Under the pieces are notes generated by a model that had not been told where the DNA came from, did not search any database, and saw only the letters and a list, made by a program, of their open reading frames with translations. From assembly GCA_951406725.2 (NCBI GenBank), contig OX597822.1:15314001-15378000 (forward strand): DNA of 64,000 bases. The letters are read 5' to 3'. Positions within the stretch are counted from its first letter, which is position 1; every line of letters starts with the position of its first letter. The translations under genes were made by a program, and so were the position numbers. The DNA comes from Octopus vulgaris. Lineage: Eukaryota. This document shows positions 29,990-43,300 of the stretch, in pieces.

Positions 29990-32702
29990 TCAGAAAAATA
30001 AAAACGGAAAATACGCACACTTACATGGTTATAGTATACTTTTTAATGTATCGACCGGATTCGCAATCGCTATTCATGATACAATGTTTAATTTATATGA
30101 AAATATATTTTTTCTTAAGAAGAAAATGGGTCCATGTTGTTTATAATGAGATCCACGAGTGAATGATTTTACAAGTTGACAAGTAAAGGGAGGTAATTGG
30201 TTGTTATTATTGTTATTGGTGTGTGTAGGGGAGATAACTGTTTAGGTTTTGGGTGGGGAAAAATATGTGTACAGAAAGGAGACAGGTTTTAAAAAAAGGG
30301 GGCCTTGTTTAGTAGGGAATTTATGTACAGTGATGTAATGTGTAAAAATATAAAAATTGGTTATGCGTGCTTATTCAGACGCGTCTTGTATTTTTCAATG
30401 AAAAAAGTTTCTTTATTTAAGCGTTCTAGCTGAGAGATTGTGTCTTTGTACTGGTAGAAAGGGAAGACTGTAAAATTTGGTTTGATGTTACCTGCACATT
30501 TTTCTATGTGTTCACCAAGAGGGATTTGTCTGTATTGCGGGAAACGGATTTGCTCCTTATGCAGAGTAATTCTCTACCTCAAAATTAAACTCGTTTGTCC
30601 AATGTACTGATGACTGCAACCCGAGCAGGTTATTACATAAATTAGGTTCTCAGAGGCACAGGTGAAAGTAGTTTTAATTGTGAACCTCTGTCCTTGTTTG
30701 AAAAGGAAGTCCGAGCCTTCAAGCAGGTGGAGGCAGGTTCCACAGTTCGGGCGTCCACATTTTTCAACCGTTGGTTTCGTGGTTGTTTTGTAAAGCTTCG
30801 CATTTGTTAGTAGTCTCTTTAGCGATTTGTCTTGCATTTGATGAGTTTGTGTGTTTTCAGGGTGTCGTTCATTTTTGGATCTCTAGTTAGTAAAGGGAGA
30901 GTTTGCACAATAGTGTTGAATGCCTCACTGTTTCTGGGGTTGTGTGTTGATATAAAAAGTAATGTTTTGGTTTGAGGTGTGGTGCTATGTTTTTTTGTTC
31001 TTAGTGTTTTTGTGTCTAATTGTTTGGCACGTTTAATTCCCTCGTCGATAAGAGAGGGTGGATATTGTCTTTCAATAAGTGTTGCTTTGAGGTCTTGAAG
31101 ACGAAGGTCCCGAGTTGTTCTATCAGACACTATTGTGCAGATCCTTTTTGCTAAGTTAAAAGAGATGTTTATTTTTATGTGTTTCGGGTGGCATGAGTTA
31201 AAAAGAAGATATTGTTTTTGCGTCATTTGTTTTATAATAAATGTCAGTTATGATTTCATTGTTAACCTTTTTATCATGATGTCTAAAAATGGAAGTTGTT
31301 CTTTATTATATTCCATTGTGAATTGAATGTTACTATTTATGTCATTTAGTGTTGTTTTGAAATCCAAAAGTTTGTCGATGTTCTCCTTCCAGATGATAAA
31401 AGAGTCATCCAAGTATCGCTTCCAATTTTCTCTTATGTAGAAGTAAAATGGGTAACCATATTTCTGAAGCGATACTTCATATAAGGTGAATCCAAAACAG
31501 CCCATTATTAGATTCGCAAGAACAGGAGCTGCTTTCGTCCCATCGCAATTCCGCATTTCTGACGATAGTATGTGTCCTCAAACAGGAAATAATTGTTCTG
31601 AAGTGTAAATTTTAAGGATTCAATAATAAAGGTCTGGTTTATGCGTTCCGGGAGGACTTGGGGGTACTTTTCCAACCAGAATTTAATTGCTTTCATTCCA
31701 TAGTCATGGGGGAAGATGGTGTAAAGATTGATAACATCGAGGGTGACCAATACTGCTTCTTCATTAATCGTTTTTGGTAGGTGTTCTAACATGTCTAAAT
31801 CATCCCTAATAAAGCTTTTGATGTATTTCAGCAAGGGTTTCAGTAGGATGTTTAGAAAATTGCTCAGTCGGTGGGTTTCACAGGCTGGCGCAGCTACAAT
31901 GGGTCTTAAAGTCAAGTCTTCTGGCGTTTGGATGTTTATATATTTGCCTAGTGATTGTTTGCAGGCTTCATTGATTATCTTGCTCTTGTGTATTTTAGGG
32001 AGGCCGTAAAAAAGACTTGGTTTACATTTGAAGTTCGTGATGTAGCCTGTTTCTTTTTCTGTCAGGCCTTTTCCATGTAGGAGAATTAAGGATACAAGAT
32101 TTTTCATGGTTTTTTATTGTTTATAGTTTATAATTTTTTCGTAGAAGACCTCGTTTTCTAATATGGAAAGTACTAGTTTTTTATAGTGTTCTGTGTCCAT
32201 CAGAACTACAGCACTTCCTTTGTCAGCTTCTGTAATTGTCAGGTCTGTGTCGTTTTTTAGTTCAGTCAGATTTTTCCATTCTAGATTGTTGAGGTTAGGA
32301 TTAATTTTTCGTTTAATTTTTCGTGTAGGGGAAATTTTGGATATGGTTGCAGTAGTCATCCAGTGTTTTATTCCTACCCATTCTCTATCTAATAACAGGA
32401 ACTACCCATCTATTAAAAACACTAGAATAAACCAGCCTAGAATAAACAGTTATCTCCCCTACACACAACAATAACAATAATAACAACCAATTTCCTCCCT
32501 TTACTTGTCAACTTGTAAAATCATTTACTCGTGAATCTCATTATAAACAACATGGACCCATTTTCTTCTGAAGAAAAAATATATTTTCATATAAATTAAA
32601 CAGTGTATCATGAATAGCGATTGCGAAACCGGTCGATACATTAAAAATTATACTATAACCATGTAAGTGTGCGTATTTTCCGTTTTTATTTTTCTTATAT
32701 AC
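29990..32702 (-). mobile_element. Neptune-type Penelope-like retroelement, 5'-truncated and frameshifted, with an inverted pLTR
   Basis: ORF pieces 30574-32359 give EADKGSAVV, FYGLPKIHK, LRPIVA, GIAMG, WKRYLDDSF, the Cys linker CGRPNCGTC and GIY-YIG NLIYVITC..YIGQT. 29990-30243 is mirrored at 32443-32700; both ends lie at or near TA runs. Confidence 0.95.
32602..32642 (+). ncRNA. Minimal hammerhead motif with A3-U8 core variant in the pLTR (second copy at 30045-30085, minus strand)
   Basis: agtgtatc-ATGAATA-gc.gatt.gc-GAAAC-cg-GTC-gatacatt; both pLTR copies carry ATGAATA. Confidence 0.75.
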
Positions 32703-32840
32703 ACTACAATCTACCACGTGGGGACAACCGAAATTCCTCTGTTCTGTTACTACTACTATATATATATATATACGCATATATGTAAGTATGTACATATACG
32801 TATGCATATATGCATATATATATATATATATATGTATATA

Positions 32841-33272
32841 TATTATTCAAATAAATTCCAACTCTGTTTTTCATGTTTTATTTATATTCTTTTTAATATC
32901 AACGTAGGATATAGAATGTATAGTATAATAAATATATAGTAAAATGAAATGAAGTATTGATTGTCTTATTGAATAGATGAAACATTGAATATCAAATATT
33001 AAGGGACTAGTATACTTTCTTGCATTTAAGCAGTCTTCAAGGTTCCAGGTTCTGTCACAACCTGGGACCTTGAAGATTGCTTAAATGCAAGAAAGTATAC
33101 TAGTCCCTTAATATTTGATATTCAATATTTCATCTATTCAATAAGACAATCAATACTTCATTTCATTTTACTATATATATATTATTTATACTATATATTC
33201 TATACTCTACATTAATATTATAAAGAATATTAATAAAACAAAAAAACAGAGTTGGAATTCCTTTGAATAATA
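32841..33272. mobile_element. ~210-bp-arm palindrome with head-to-head hammerhead motifs, TA-flanked (PLE pLTR-like)
   Basis: Arms 32841-33051 and 33059-33272 are near-perfect reverse complements. Confidence 0.9.
33064..33107 (+). ncRNA. Hammerhead motif with an 8-nt CTTGAAGA core strand (mirror copy at 33003-33046)
   Basis: gggac-CTTGAAGA-ttgc.ttaaat.gcaa-GAAAG-tata-CTA-gtccc. Confidence 0.75.
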
Positions 33273-33318
33273 TATATCCCTCTATACACAATCATACAAA
33301 CCCCTTTTTATTTAATCA

Positions 33319-33366
<48 letters not shown>

Positions 33367-33670
33367 TGTGTGTAAATGTTTGTGTGTACTGTAAATTGTT
33401 GATTAGGGATGATGAAGCCTCGTGAGCGGAGCATTTTAATTCAGTTACAGACGGATATTCTAGGTATATTCAAGTGAGGGGAATTGACTTGAATTTTCAT
33501 TCGTGTTATTTATCTCCTTTTTATATGATAACTTAATTCCTTGGATGGTTAGTATAATATATAGGGTAACTTAATCATCATACAGAAACAGAGTTTGGGA
33601 TAAGTTATAAATGAATACTAAAGATCAAAGAGTTTGAAGTTGGCTGCATAGCTATGCACCATTGTATCGT

Positions 33671-34048
33671 GGCACTCCGTCGGTCGCGACGACGAGGGTT
33701 CCAGTTGATCCGATCAACGGAACAGTCTGCTCGTGAAATTAACGTGCAAGTAGATGAGCACTCCTCAGCCACATGTACTCTTAATGTAATTCTCAGGGAT
33801 ATTCAGCGTGACAGAGATTGTGACAAGGCTGGCCCTTCGAAATAGAGGTACAACAGAAGCAGGAAGAAAGAGTGAGAGAAAGTTGTGGTGAATGAGTACA
33901 GCAGGGTTCGTCTACACCCCTGCTGGAGCCTCGTGAAGTTTTAGGTGTTTTCGCTCAATAAACACACATAAGGCCTGGTCTGGGAATCGAAACTGCGATC
34001 CTACAACCGCGAGTCCGCTGCCTTAACCACTGGGCTATTGTGCCTCCA
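33671..34048 (-). mobile_element. Full-length tRNA-derived SINE
   Basis: Minus strand has A-box-like tagcccagtggtt and B-box-like gtttcgattccc; head shared with 15443, tail shared with 6071. Confidence 0.9.
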
Positions 34049-35298
34049 CATACATTGGATAGATAAACAGGTAAGCTATTAGATAGACATGTAAGTTAGA
34101 TTGCCAGTTAGATAGAGAAGTTCGCAAGAAGGGCAAGTTAAATACAGAGAAAGGCAAAAATTTACATATAAATAAGTTTATATGTAAATAGATAGTTTGA
34201 TGTCCCTACCTATCTCTCATTTAGCATGCCTATAAATGTATTAATTTATCAGTCAATCTTTCTGTTTAGCCGTTTCACTAATCCAGATCAATGTGGTACT
34301 TGTTTCATATTTCTTGTCTTTATTTATTTTGGTCATGGTTTTTTCTGTCTTTCTGAGAAACATACGTGTGATCACACAAAAGGATAGAAATGCAGATGAT
34401 CAATGCTTTGGACACTTCACCTTTCCACGAACTTCCCTCTTCTACCTTAACAGTGATAATATTTCCGTAGTATTTTTATGTAAGTATAACATAAATTCAG
34501 GTGACTGCGTAGGAAAGTATACACACGATTATCTGTGTTAAATGTAATTTAGAGTTTAGAAAAGGATCAGTTTGTAAGCAATTATATGCCTGCTTGTAGT
34601 AAAATGTATATAAAAAAATAAGCGTAATATGCAGAAAGTTTACTTTGTATTGGTGTAAAAACTGAAGACAAATATGTTGAATGAAACAATATAATGACCA
34701 TAATTTTCACTGGGAAACTGTTTGTCTATGTCTAAACTAAGCGTTCCTGAATTATTGCATATATGTTTTACGCATAATTATACTGAGATATTTTTATATA
34801 TGTTATTTAAATATGTTTTCTTTTTTTTTTTTTGCAATTTATATCAAACTACAGACCATTATTGCCATTCCCGGTAGTATTGTATGAAGGCTTGTAAAAT
34901 ACATACGGTTACTGCACAAATATCTCGAAGTGAAAGGAATATATTTCTGCGTTCAAGCGCACTGACGTCGTCTCGAAAATAAACGAAGGAAATAGTGCTG
35001 CACATGATTAAATGTTTTAAGAAATTTGTAATACGTAAAACAAAGATCTGTGAATTCTATATCATTTTCCTGAAATTTATTAAATTTCAAATCACAACAG
35101 ATATGAAATTATTTCTTCCTCATAGTAATTGTTAACGAGGCAATGACAGGCGTTGGAAAAACTTTATTTATTCTTCCAAATCTATGTTCTTAACATAGTC
35201 AGCAATAGCCAGCACTTTGTGACTATAAGCTATACTGTCCCGATTTTTTTCTCTTTTCTCATTTTCTCAACCAATAATATTATTATTACATTCCTTTA

Positions 35299-35533
35299 TA
35301 CCTATCTCTTTACTACCCACAAGGGGCTAAACACAGCGGGGACAAACAATGACAGACAAACGGATTAAGTCGATTACATCGACACCAGTGCGTAATTGGT
35401 ACTTAATTTATCGACCCCGAAAGGATGAAAGGCAAATTCGACCTCGGCGGAATTTGAACTCAGAACGTAACGGCAGGCAAAATACGGCTACGCATTTCGC
35501 CCGGCGTGCTAATGTTTCTGCCAGCTCGCCGCC
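35299..35533 (-). mobile_element. Full-length Nin/Deu-domain-like SINE with a Tx1-like tail
   Basis: Head as at 27971; tail tgtgtttagccccttgtgggtagtaaagagatag. Confidence 0.9.
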
Positions 35534-36071
35534 TTTACATCTCTATATATCTATAGACTTACCAGTAACATCTGCAAAGTCTGAAATTATGAAGTATCGG
35601 CCAGTATAGCGTATTAGCAGATTTATGTATCGTATTAATTACGTGTAACCCAAATATTAGCCATGTAGACGAAAATAGTTTATAACGATATTTATAGATG
35701 ATAACTGGGAACATCATTAAATGTACTTTTAAGAGGAGATATCAGCTGTCCACCTGCAGTGCCATTCATTATTACAGGACTATACATTGTGAGAGATTTT
35801 AAAGGAATGCTTCAGTTAATTGTTTCTGGTAGGGGCGCAAGCATTTTTCTCTTCCTCGTCGTCTGAGATTAGCAAATATTCCATGACTTTATTTTAAGTG
35901 TTATAGAATCAGACACCAAATATAACATACGAATATACTTATGCCTGATATAATTGGATCCTGTCTGATCGCACTTGGCCAGTTTCTGTCTGTCTGTCTC
36001 GCCCTCAGAATAGCTCTGTCTTTTCTAACGTACCGTTCATCTTTAATAAAATTATCTGTCTAATCTTGTGA

Positions 36072-36141
<70 letters not shown>

Positions 36142-36299
36142 TGAGAAAGCTGGTGTGTGAAAGCACGTGGTTGAATATATAGAAAATAGTAAAAAGTGAA
36201 AAAAGTACAGAAGGCTTGTTTTAAAAGGTTAAAAAATATATATTTGAGTCATTATGTCTGAAGAATGTTATAAATTTTTTTCATACAATAACATATTTT

Positions 36300-36369
<70 letters not shown>

Positions 36370-36955
36370 TTTAAAATCCTGTCCAGACACTGCTAGCCTT
36401 ATTACCATATGTATGTATGTATGTGTGTGTGTACATATATATATTTCCGTACTACATTTTAACTTATACTTTAAGTAGAAATTCAGACTTTCATATTGTA
36501 AATTTATGCTTAAGCTAAGATATATATTGAAATTTTAAAATATTCTTTCATTATTCATTTCCAACCAGAGTGTAATTTGCATTATTCTCTTTGAGACTAT
36601 TATTTTACCAATGAAGACACACGCACTAAAAACTATATTTCCATCATTAAATGTGTGCGTCGTAATAGAGGGATCTCATCTCTTGCTCTAACAATTCCGC
36701 ACTTTAGCTCCGGACTGTCAACGATCATAAAATCGCAGAGAACCAAAACAGGTATTCTTATAGATTTCTTCCCTGTCGTCTCGCGATTCCATCATAAGTG
36801 TCTGTGTGTTGAGTGTGTGTTTGTGCCCTCTCCGCATTTCCGAGCTCAATAATCTAAGTAGCACTCAAACCAATGTCGTTAGGTTGCTGCACTAACCAAT
36901 AATTATTATTGAGATTCGTGGACCGGAATCCATAGATATAATGATATATAAATGG

Positions 36956-36988
<33 letters not shown>

Positions 36989-37051
36989 CACACACACACG
37001 CACACATACACACATGCACACACATACACACACACACATATATATATATAT

Positions 37052-37256
37052 AAGAAAAATAAAACAGAGTAGAAAATGCTAAAATAATTTTATCATGAAG
37101 ACCACTTTCGTGCTGGTTTCAGTCTTTGCGACTTTTTCAACTTGGAGCAAAGCATGAAAAATAATTAAATTATGGCAAAATTAAATGAAATGTCTTTTAA
37201 AAATATTTTCATAGTTTTCAAATGTAAGGGACATTTTCCATTTTTTCTGTCTCTGC

Positions 37257-37290
<34 letters not shown>

Positions 37291-38450
37291 TTTGATTTTG
37301 TGGAGGCTTGGTAGCAGGTAGTAGGTAGTTGCAGGCCTAAATAATATTTGGTCTTGATAGTTTAAGCAGCAGTAGTAGCCAAGAAGAAGAAGAAGAGAGT
37401 CGGATGTTGGTGGAATCCTCTTAAATGATCAAATTACCTAAAATTGAATTGTTGTTGTTGTAATAGTAGTGAGGGGAATTGTTCTGAATAAGTTCATGTG
37501 TACTGACTCTTCTGAATATACCCGTTTCAATATTTGCGCGCGTATTATTCTAAGGCCCTTGTAAGTAGTGTCATTTTTGTGGACGCATTCAAAAGGAGTT
37601 TATATTTTGCGATAAAATATGACTCTTTGCTAATGCGCTGATTATAGGTTGCATCATCCCTGAATTTATAGAGGCGAAAAATTCTAAAGCTGGGTAGTTC
37701 GTTAGATTTACTTATGAAGAAAGTCATACAGTCATATTACTTGTCGGTAAGCCCTTCTCTGTATAGGTTTAACATAGTTTTTAGGCTTCTCATTTTCTAC
37801 TGACTGCTAAACCTTTCCATAATAAGTTGCGTCTTCTAAAATGGATAGTACTAGAGTTATATAGTATACCGTATCCATTAAGACAACTACACCCGTTTGA
37901 TTGTTATTACTTTAACATCTTTAATTTTGTTCAGCTCAGCGCATTCCTTTTTGCTAAAGGTTGACTTTTGTTTTTGTTTGTGTATATGCTGATATGAGTA
38001 ATTCGAGATGTATTCACAGAAATGATCAAGAATTTTGTTCTTAGCTTTTGAGGGGGTGTAGTTACTTTTATTTCGTTCTAACAATTCATCCTCGTTGTAT
38101 TGGTCGTAGAGTTCCTTAGCGAGTCGTATTTACCACAGAATTCTGCAACGTCTTCTTTCATGCTGTTGTTGTTGGGATGGGATGGGGGTGGGGTAAGTTT
38201 GAGCCCTTTGGAGAGTATGTTGATTTGATTTGCTGCAAGTTCTTTGTGTGTTAGATTGATGATTTTTATCACTTTCGGTTCCTTCAATCTGTCTGGTGCT
38301 ATCTTGTATCTCCTTGTTTCGTATTTGGTCTAAAAAATGATTGAGGTGATTGGAGCGGTAGCTGTTATGTAGCTGTCCCCTGTTGTGGTGGAGTGCCCTG
38401 TTGTTGTGATTTATGGTGCAGGTTCTTCGATGGGGATTGAAAAGTGTGTC
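37052..38450 (-). mobile_element. Internally deleted Penelope-like element
   Basis: N-terminal KIINLTHKEL..ILSKGLKLTP and C-terminal RISKESYFIAKYK..LN with the RT core missing; (TA)n at both ends. Confidence 0.8.
37105..37145 (-). ncRNA. Degenerate hammerhead-like motif with U3-A8 core
   Basis: TTGAAAA-agtc.gcaaa.gact-GAAAC-cagca; stem II intact, stems I and III poor; about the same distance from the TA junction as the HHR in the other PLE. Confidence 0.45.
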
Positions 38451-38734
38451 TATAAGTATTATATATATATATATATATAATATTATATTATATATTGATA
38501 TATAGGTGGATTATGTATTTGTAATACTAAATTTAAGCTAATTAGGTATTATATTATTTGATATTTAGTCAATTTTGTTATAGATTGTTATATTAAATCT
38601 ATAGATACTACACATGTATTTTTATTATATACATACCTGGTCCCGTGTATCCTGTCTGTTTTTTATTCAAATTCGTGAGTTGGTAGCATAGGGCTTGGAA
38701 TTCTCCAGCATTAAACTGCATGTTATTGTCTTCA

Positions 38735-38905
38735 GCCCACCTGTTTAATGCGTCCAACTCCCGTTGCAGATGCACAACCTCTCCAGCATTCTGTATCTCC
38801 TACGCAGCTAGCAAGAGTGGCAACTCGGGCAGCTGAGAACATGCCTGAGAGGCCCACTATGAATAGTAGCGACCCCAATACAGTGTCCTGTGGAACATTA
38901 GTCAT
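38735..38905 (-). mobile_element. CR1/L2-group LINE RT fragment
   Basis: NVPQDTVLGSLLFIV..SCVGDT corresponds to GVPQGTVLGPLLF..YADDT. Confidence 0.75.
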
Positions 38906-40879
38906 TATTTGTGTCTCTTTGCGCAAAGCATTCAATGGTTACATTCTTCTGTTAAGCTATGAAGAATATTTACACTCATATAAGGAATGGAACACTCATT
39001 TACACCACTGTCCTATATTTATTCATGTATACATATATGTGTGTGTGTTTCAGCGCGTGTTGGTATGTGTGTATGAGGGTGTGTGCTTATACGTATAAAT
39101 ATGTATGCATACATATATATATATGTGTATGTCTGTGTATGTACGTATATATACATATTTCTATATATTTATATAGTATGTACTTAAATTATATGTATAC
39201 ACATGTATATACGTATACATGTATCTTTAAATATTCACATATATCCCTATCTGTATAAACATATTTATATATATATGTGTGTATATGTGTCAGTGTGCAT
39301 GTATCTATATGTATATATATATAGATATATAGTTATAATCATATATATACATATATATGTGTTATATCTATATGAATAGGTATATATATATATTATATAT
39401 ATATATCTACGTATAGGCATATATACTTACGCGTGTGTGTGTGTTTGCGCGTGCGCGCCCACACACATGTGTGTGTTCGGTTTTGTTATTATTTCCCTTA
39501 AAATTGTTTTTGGATACTTCCCAAAAGAGAAAATATGTGAACCATTCTTTCATTTAAGAGACATTTATATATTTTTTCTCTTTATTATTCCGTTACATAT
39601 CGTTTTCCTATAAATATATTTCCTGTAAATACGTCCTATAATTGCACGCCTTTCTTTTCATCCTCAAATACCAACTTCCGGTTTAAAACTTGGTATCGCA
39701 TTTCTTGATTATATTTATAGAACTCGGTAATTAGCCTTTCAAATTATCACTTTTATTACTGACATTGTCACTCCGTGAAGGCCATTAACACTATCAAATA
39801 CTGAAAAAAGCAAAACTTACTACTAAAAATATCCTTTGCCCGCCCCTCGACAAACAATAAGAACAACAACAACGCGGCAACTACCAACACCAACACCATT
39901 GCCACTTTACAAATACACACACACATACATGACGACAGAAATACTCATTTATATCTAAAAATATTAATTTCAAATTGACTCAACGCCAATTTGCGTACGT
40001 GAGATGCATTGTCGATAAAATTGATCCAGTTTATCAATCGCCATATCTTTCTATTGGTTCTCGATGCAAAAGACTGAAAGTTGACCTCATCGGGTTTTGG
40101 AAATCAGATGCAAAACCATTTGAAACAATATACTAAAATATATCCATATATATGTATAAACTGCCTCTCTCTAATATATGTTAATGTCGAACGATGAAAA
40201 TGAGTGCTCTACGACGGATTGGTGAATATAATTTCTTTATTTGTGAATTTAGGCTACTGTTGGTTTCATGCTAAGAAAAGTACTAAAATATCCTAACAAT
40301 TTTAACATTTTTTCAAGCCAATCACATAGAGAAAGAAGTTCGCCTCCATTTCGGGAAATACAGCCTCGTTCAGATTCTCTTGGATTCACGCAAATAAAAC
40401 AATGAAGCAATGAATCAAGGGACTTTATTCCCCTGTGGCATCTTTTGGATGATTGTCGCCCTTTGATTTGTCATTTGGGCAAATTGTTTGGTGGTCAATT
40501 TGTTTGCATTGTTTTGTTTTTGTTCTGTGTCGAATGTTCTTATACTTGTGTGCTGAGGTAGTTCGTCATTGGGCTATATTTCTTTTGTGTATTGAGTTTA
40601 TGTTCTATGTGTGTTCACGTTTCCCGTTTAGGAAAGGGTCTATCCTGATTGGATTACCATGTCTCTTCTTTGAAATTATTTGAGTGTAAAATATTGCTTG
40701 TGTATGCATACACACATACATGCATACATGCATATATATATATGCTGTGCCTATATGCGTATAGTTATGCAAACTTGTATGTGTGATTATATCCATATAC
40801 GCTCTAGGTGAGGCAAGACCGGTTATTCAATTTCCATGATTTATAACTAAACGAGATCACATCAACGACCCCGAATTGG

Positions 40880-41030
40880 GCTCAAGACAGTTATTGTTTG
40901 AGTTGGACCTCATCGACTCCGAAGTGAAGATGGCTGATTTGTCCTCGGTGAGATTTGAACTCAGATTTAAAGATCTGGAAGAAATGCTGAGAAACACTTT
41001 GTCCAATGCGCCAACGATTCTGTCAGCCTT
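40880..41030 (-). mobile_element. Degenerate Nin/Deu-domain-like SINE
   Basis: cctcggtgagatttgaactcaga and its flanks match the family at 35299. Confidence 0.6.
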
Positions 41031-41514
41031 ACATATTAGCTTGATATAAAAGTCATTAGGATCAATTGAGATATCAGACAAAGTTATTTATCACAGTTAT
41101 TGCTAATTGACATTTTAATTTCTTATGTGAATATAAATATTTCTGGAATTAGACATGTGAATTTCAGAATGTATGTATAATAATAATAATAATTTTTTGT
41201 TCTATAATTATATGGAAATATTCACTTACATTAAGATCCTGGCATTATATCAATGGGTGGATTGTTCACAAGTGCCATTGCGGACAATATGAATAATGCC
41301 AAAATTTCTCAGGAAATGTCAAAATATATATAGAATGGTAAAATAGTCAATGTCTAGCTTGACCTCTACTTTCAGATCGTTATGGAATGTATGTAGGGAA
41401 TATCACTTTGAATAGCGAGTGATTTATTTGAGTAACTCTGAAGTAACGTACGAACGGTTGATATATATATATATATATATATATATCAAAACCAGACACA
41501 ATGTTTAGTGTCAT

Positions 41515-41680
41515 TACCTCCGGTAATTTACTTTCTGAGCTCAAATGCTGACGAGATCGATTCTACATTTCATCCTTTCAGCATCGATAGAATATCAATC
41601 AGTAGATCGCGGAGTCGATGCAATCGATATACACCTCTCATCAATAAGTTTGCCAGTCTTGTATCAAAATTTGAAATTAT
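41515..41680 (+). mobile_element. Degenerate Nin/Deu-domain-like SINE
   Basis: ttctgagctcaaat..tttcatcctttcagcatcgata..gtcgatgcaatcga. Confidence 0.6.
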
Positions 41681-41724
41681 CATTAATACGTGGAGTAATA
41701 TGCATAAATACCTATGTATATATA

Positions 41725-42242
41725 TCTCTTATTATAAAAGGCAGATTTTATCTGCCTCCCTTTGGGAGTTATACAAATCTACAATATAGGATTTCTTCAA
41801 TTACAATTTACCTTGTATTTTTAAGAGTACAATGCATCGCGTCATGCCAGGTCCAGTTTTTAAAATTTAAACTCCAGTTAAGCAAAATTTACAGAAAACT
41901 CACATTCTGGTGTGTGTGTCAAATGCTTTTCTTAGTCTGGTTTACAGCACACGCAAACGCACACACACAGTGGGCAACGAATAAAATGAAAGTAATTGAC
42001 TTACTGTAGTGAGTGATTCTTTCACTCTGCCTCCCACTTCCTCTTTCAACACATAGACACGCAAATATATAAATAAAATTGTAAGCTAACGTGCGTGTGT
42101 GTGAGTTGGTGTGTGTGGGTGTGCGCGTGTGTGTGTGTGTGAGGGTGCGTGTGTGTGTGTGTGTGCGTGTGCGTGTGCGTGAGTGTGTGACAGGAAAGTT
42201 TTTTTACGACGAATATAACACCTATATCCAAGTAGCAGAAAG
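41725..42242 (+). mobile_element. Putative Helitron-derived 5' segment
   Basis: Starts A|TCTCTTATTATAAAAG, like the Helitron at 43722; no 3' CTAG hairpin found. Confidence 0.45.
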
Positions 42243-42934
42243 ATAAGACAGTAAGGTGTGATTTGAGGGAGATTTGGCTGCTATTTCTACCATGTCTAGC
42301 TGCCATGTAGGGGTCTCCCTCATAGGCTCATACATACATATATACATAGATAAGACAGTAAGGTGTGATTTGGGGGAAATTTGGCTGCTATTTCTACCAG
42401 GTCTAGCTGCCATGTAGGGGTCTCCCTCATAGGCTCATACATACATATATACATAGATAAGACAGTAAGGTGTGATTTGGGGGAAATTTGGCTGCTATTT
42501 CTACCAGGTCTAGCTGCCATGTAGGGGTCTCCCTCATAGGCTCATACATACATATATACATAGATAAGACAGTAAGGTGTGATTTGGGGGAAATTTGGCT
42601 GCTATTTCTACCAGGTCTAGCTGCCATGTAGGGGTCTCCCTCATAGGCTCATACATACATATATACATAGATAAGACAGTAAGGTGTGATTTGGGGGAAA
42701 TTTGGCTGCTATTTCTACCAGGTCTAGCTGCCATGTAGGGGTCTCCCTCATAGGCTCATACATACATATATACATAGATAAGACAGTAAGGTGTGATTTG
42801 GGGGAAATTTGGCTGCTATTTCTACCAGGTCTAGCTACCATGTAGAGGTCCCCCTCATTGGCTCATATATATATACATACATAAGACAGTAAGGTGTGAT
42901 TTGAGGGAGATTTGGCTGCTGTTTCTACCAGGTC
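42243..42934. repeat. 107-bp minisatellite, ~6.5 copies
   Basis: Unit ataagacagtaaggtgtgattt..catacatatatacatag starts at 42243, 42350, 42457, 42564, 42671, 42778 and ~42882. Confidence 0.97.
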
Positions 42935-43004
42935 TGTTAGGCCTTCTCATGAAAACTCAAGCTTTCTCATGCCTTGAACATAAGACCAAAGCAGAGAATG
43001 TATT

Positions 43005-43235
43005 CTTTTATTCTTCTGCTTTTTCCAGCCATTGGTCTGTGGCCATGCTGGGGCAATGCCTTGAAGAATTGTAGTTTAATGAATCAACTCCAGTTTTATT
43101 TTTGTAAGCATTGTACTTATTCTATCTGTTTCCTTTGTCAAACCACTAGGTGACAGGGATGTAAACAAACCAACATTCGTTGTCAAGCAGTGGTGGAGGA
43201 CAATCACAAGCACAGACACGCACACACACACACAT
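43005..43235 (-). mobile_element. SINE 3' half
   Basis: Reverse complement of 61245-61455. Confidence 0.75.
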
Positions 43236-43300
43236 ACATGCATACACATATACACACATACATACATACATACATATATATATATGTGTGTATATATATA

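Noticed and set aside
42243-42934. Regularly spaced repeats resembling a CRISPR array or repeated small ORFs
   Set aside because: Whole 107-bp units repeat with no unique spacers, there are no cas genes, and the context is eukaryotic.
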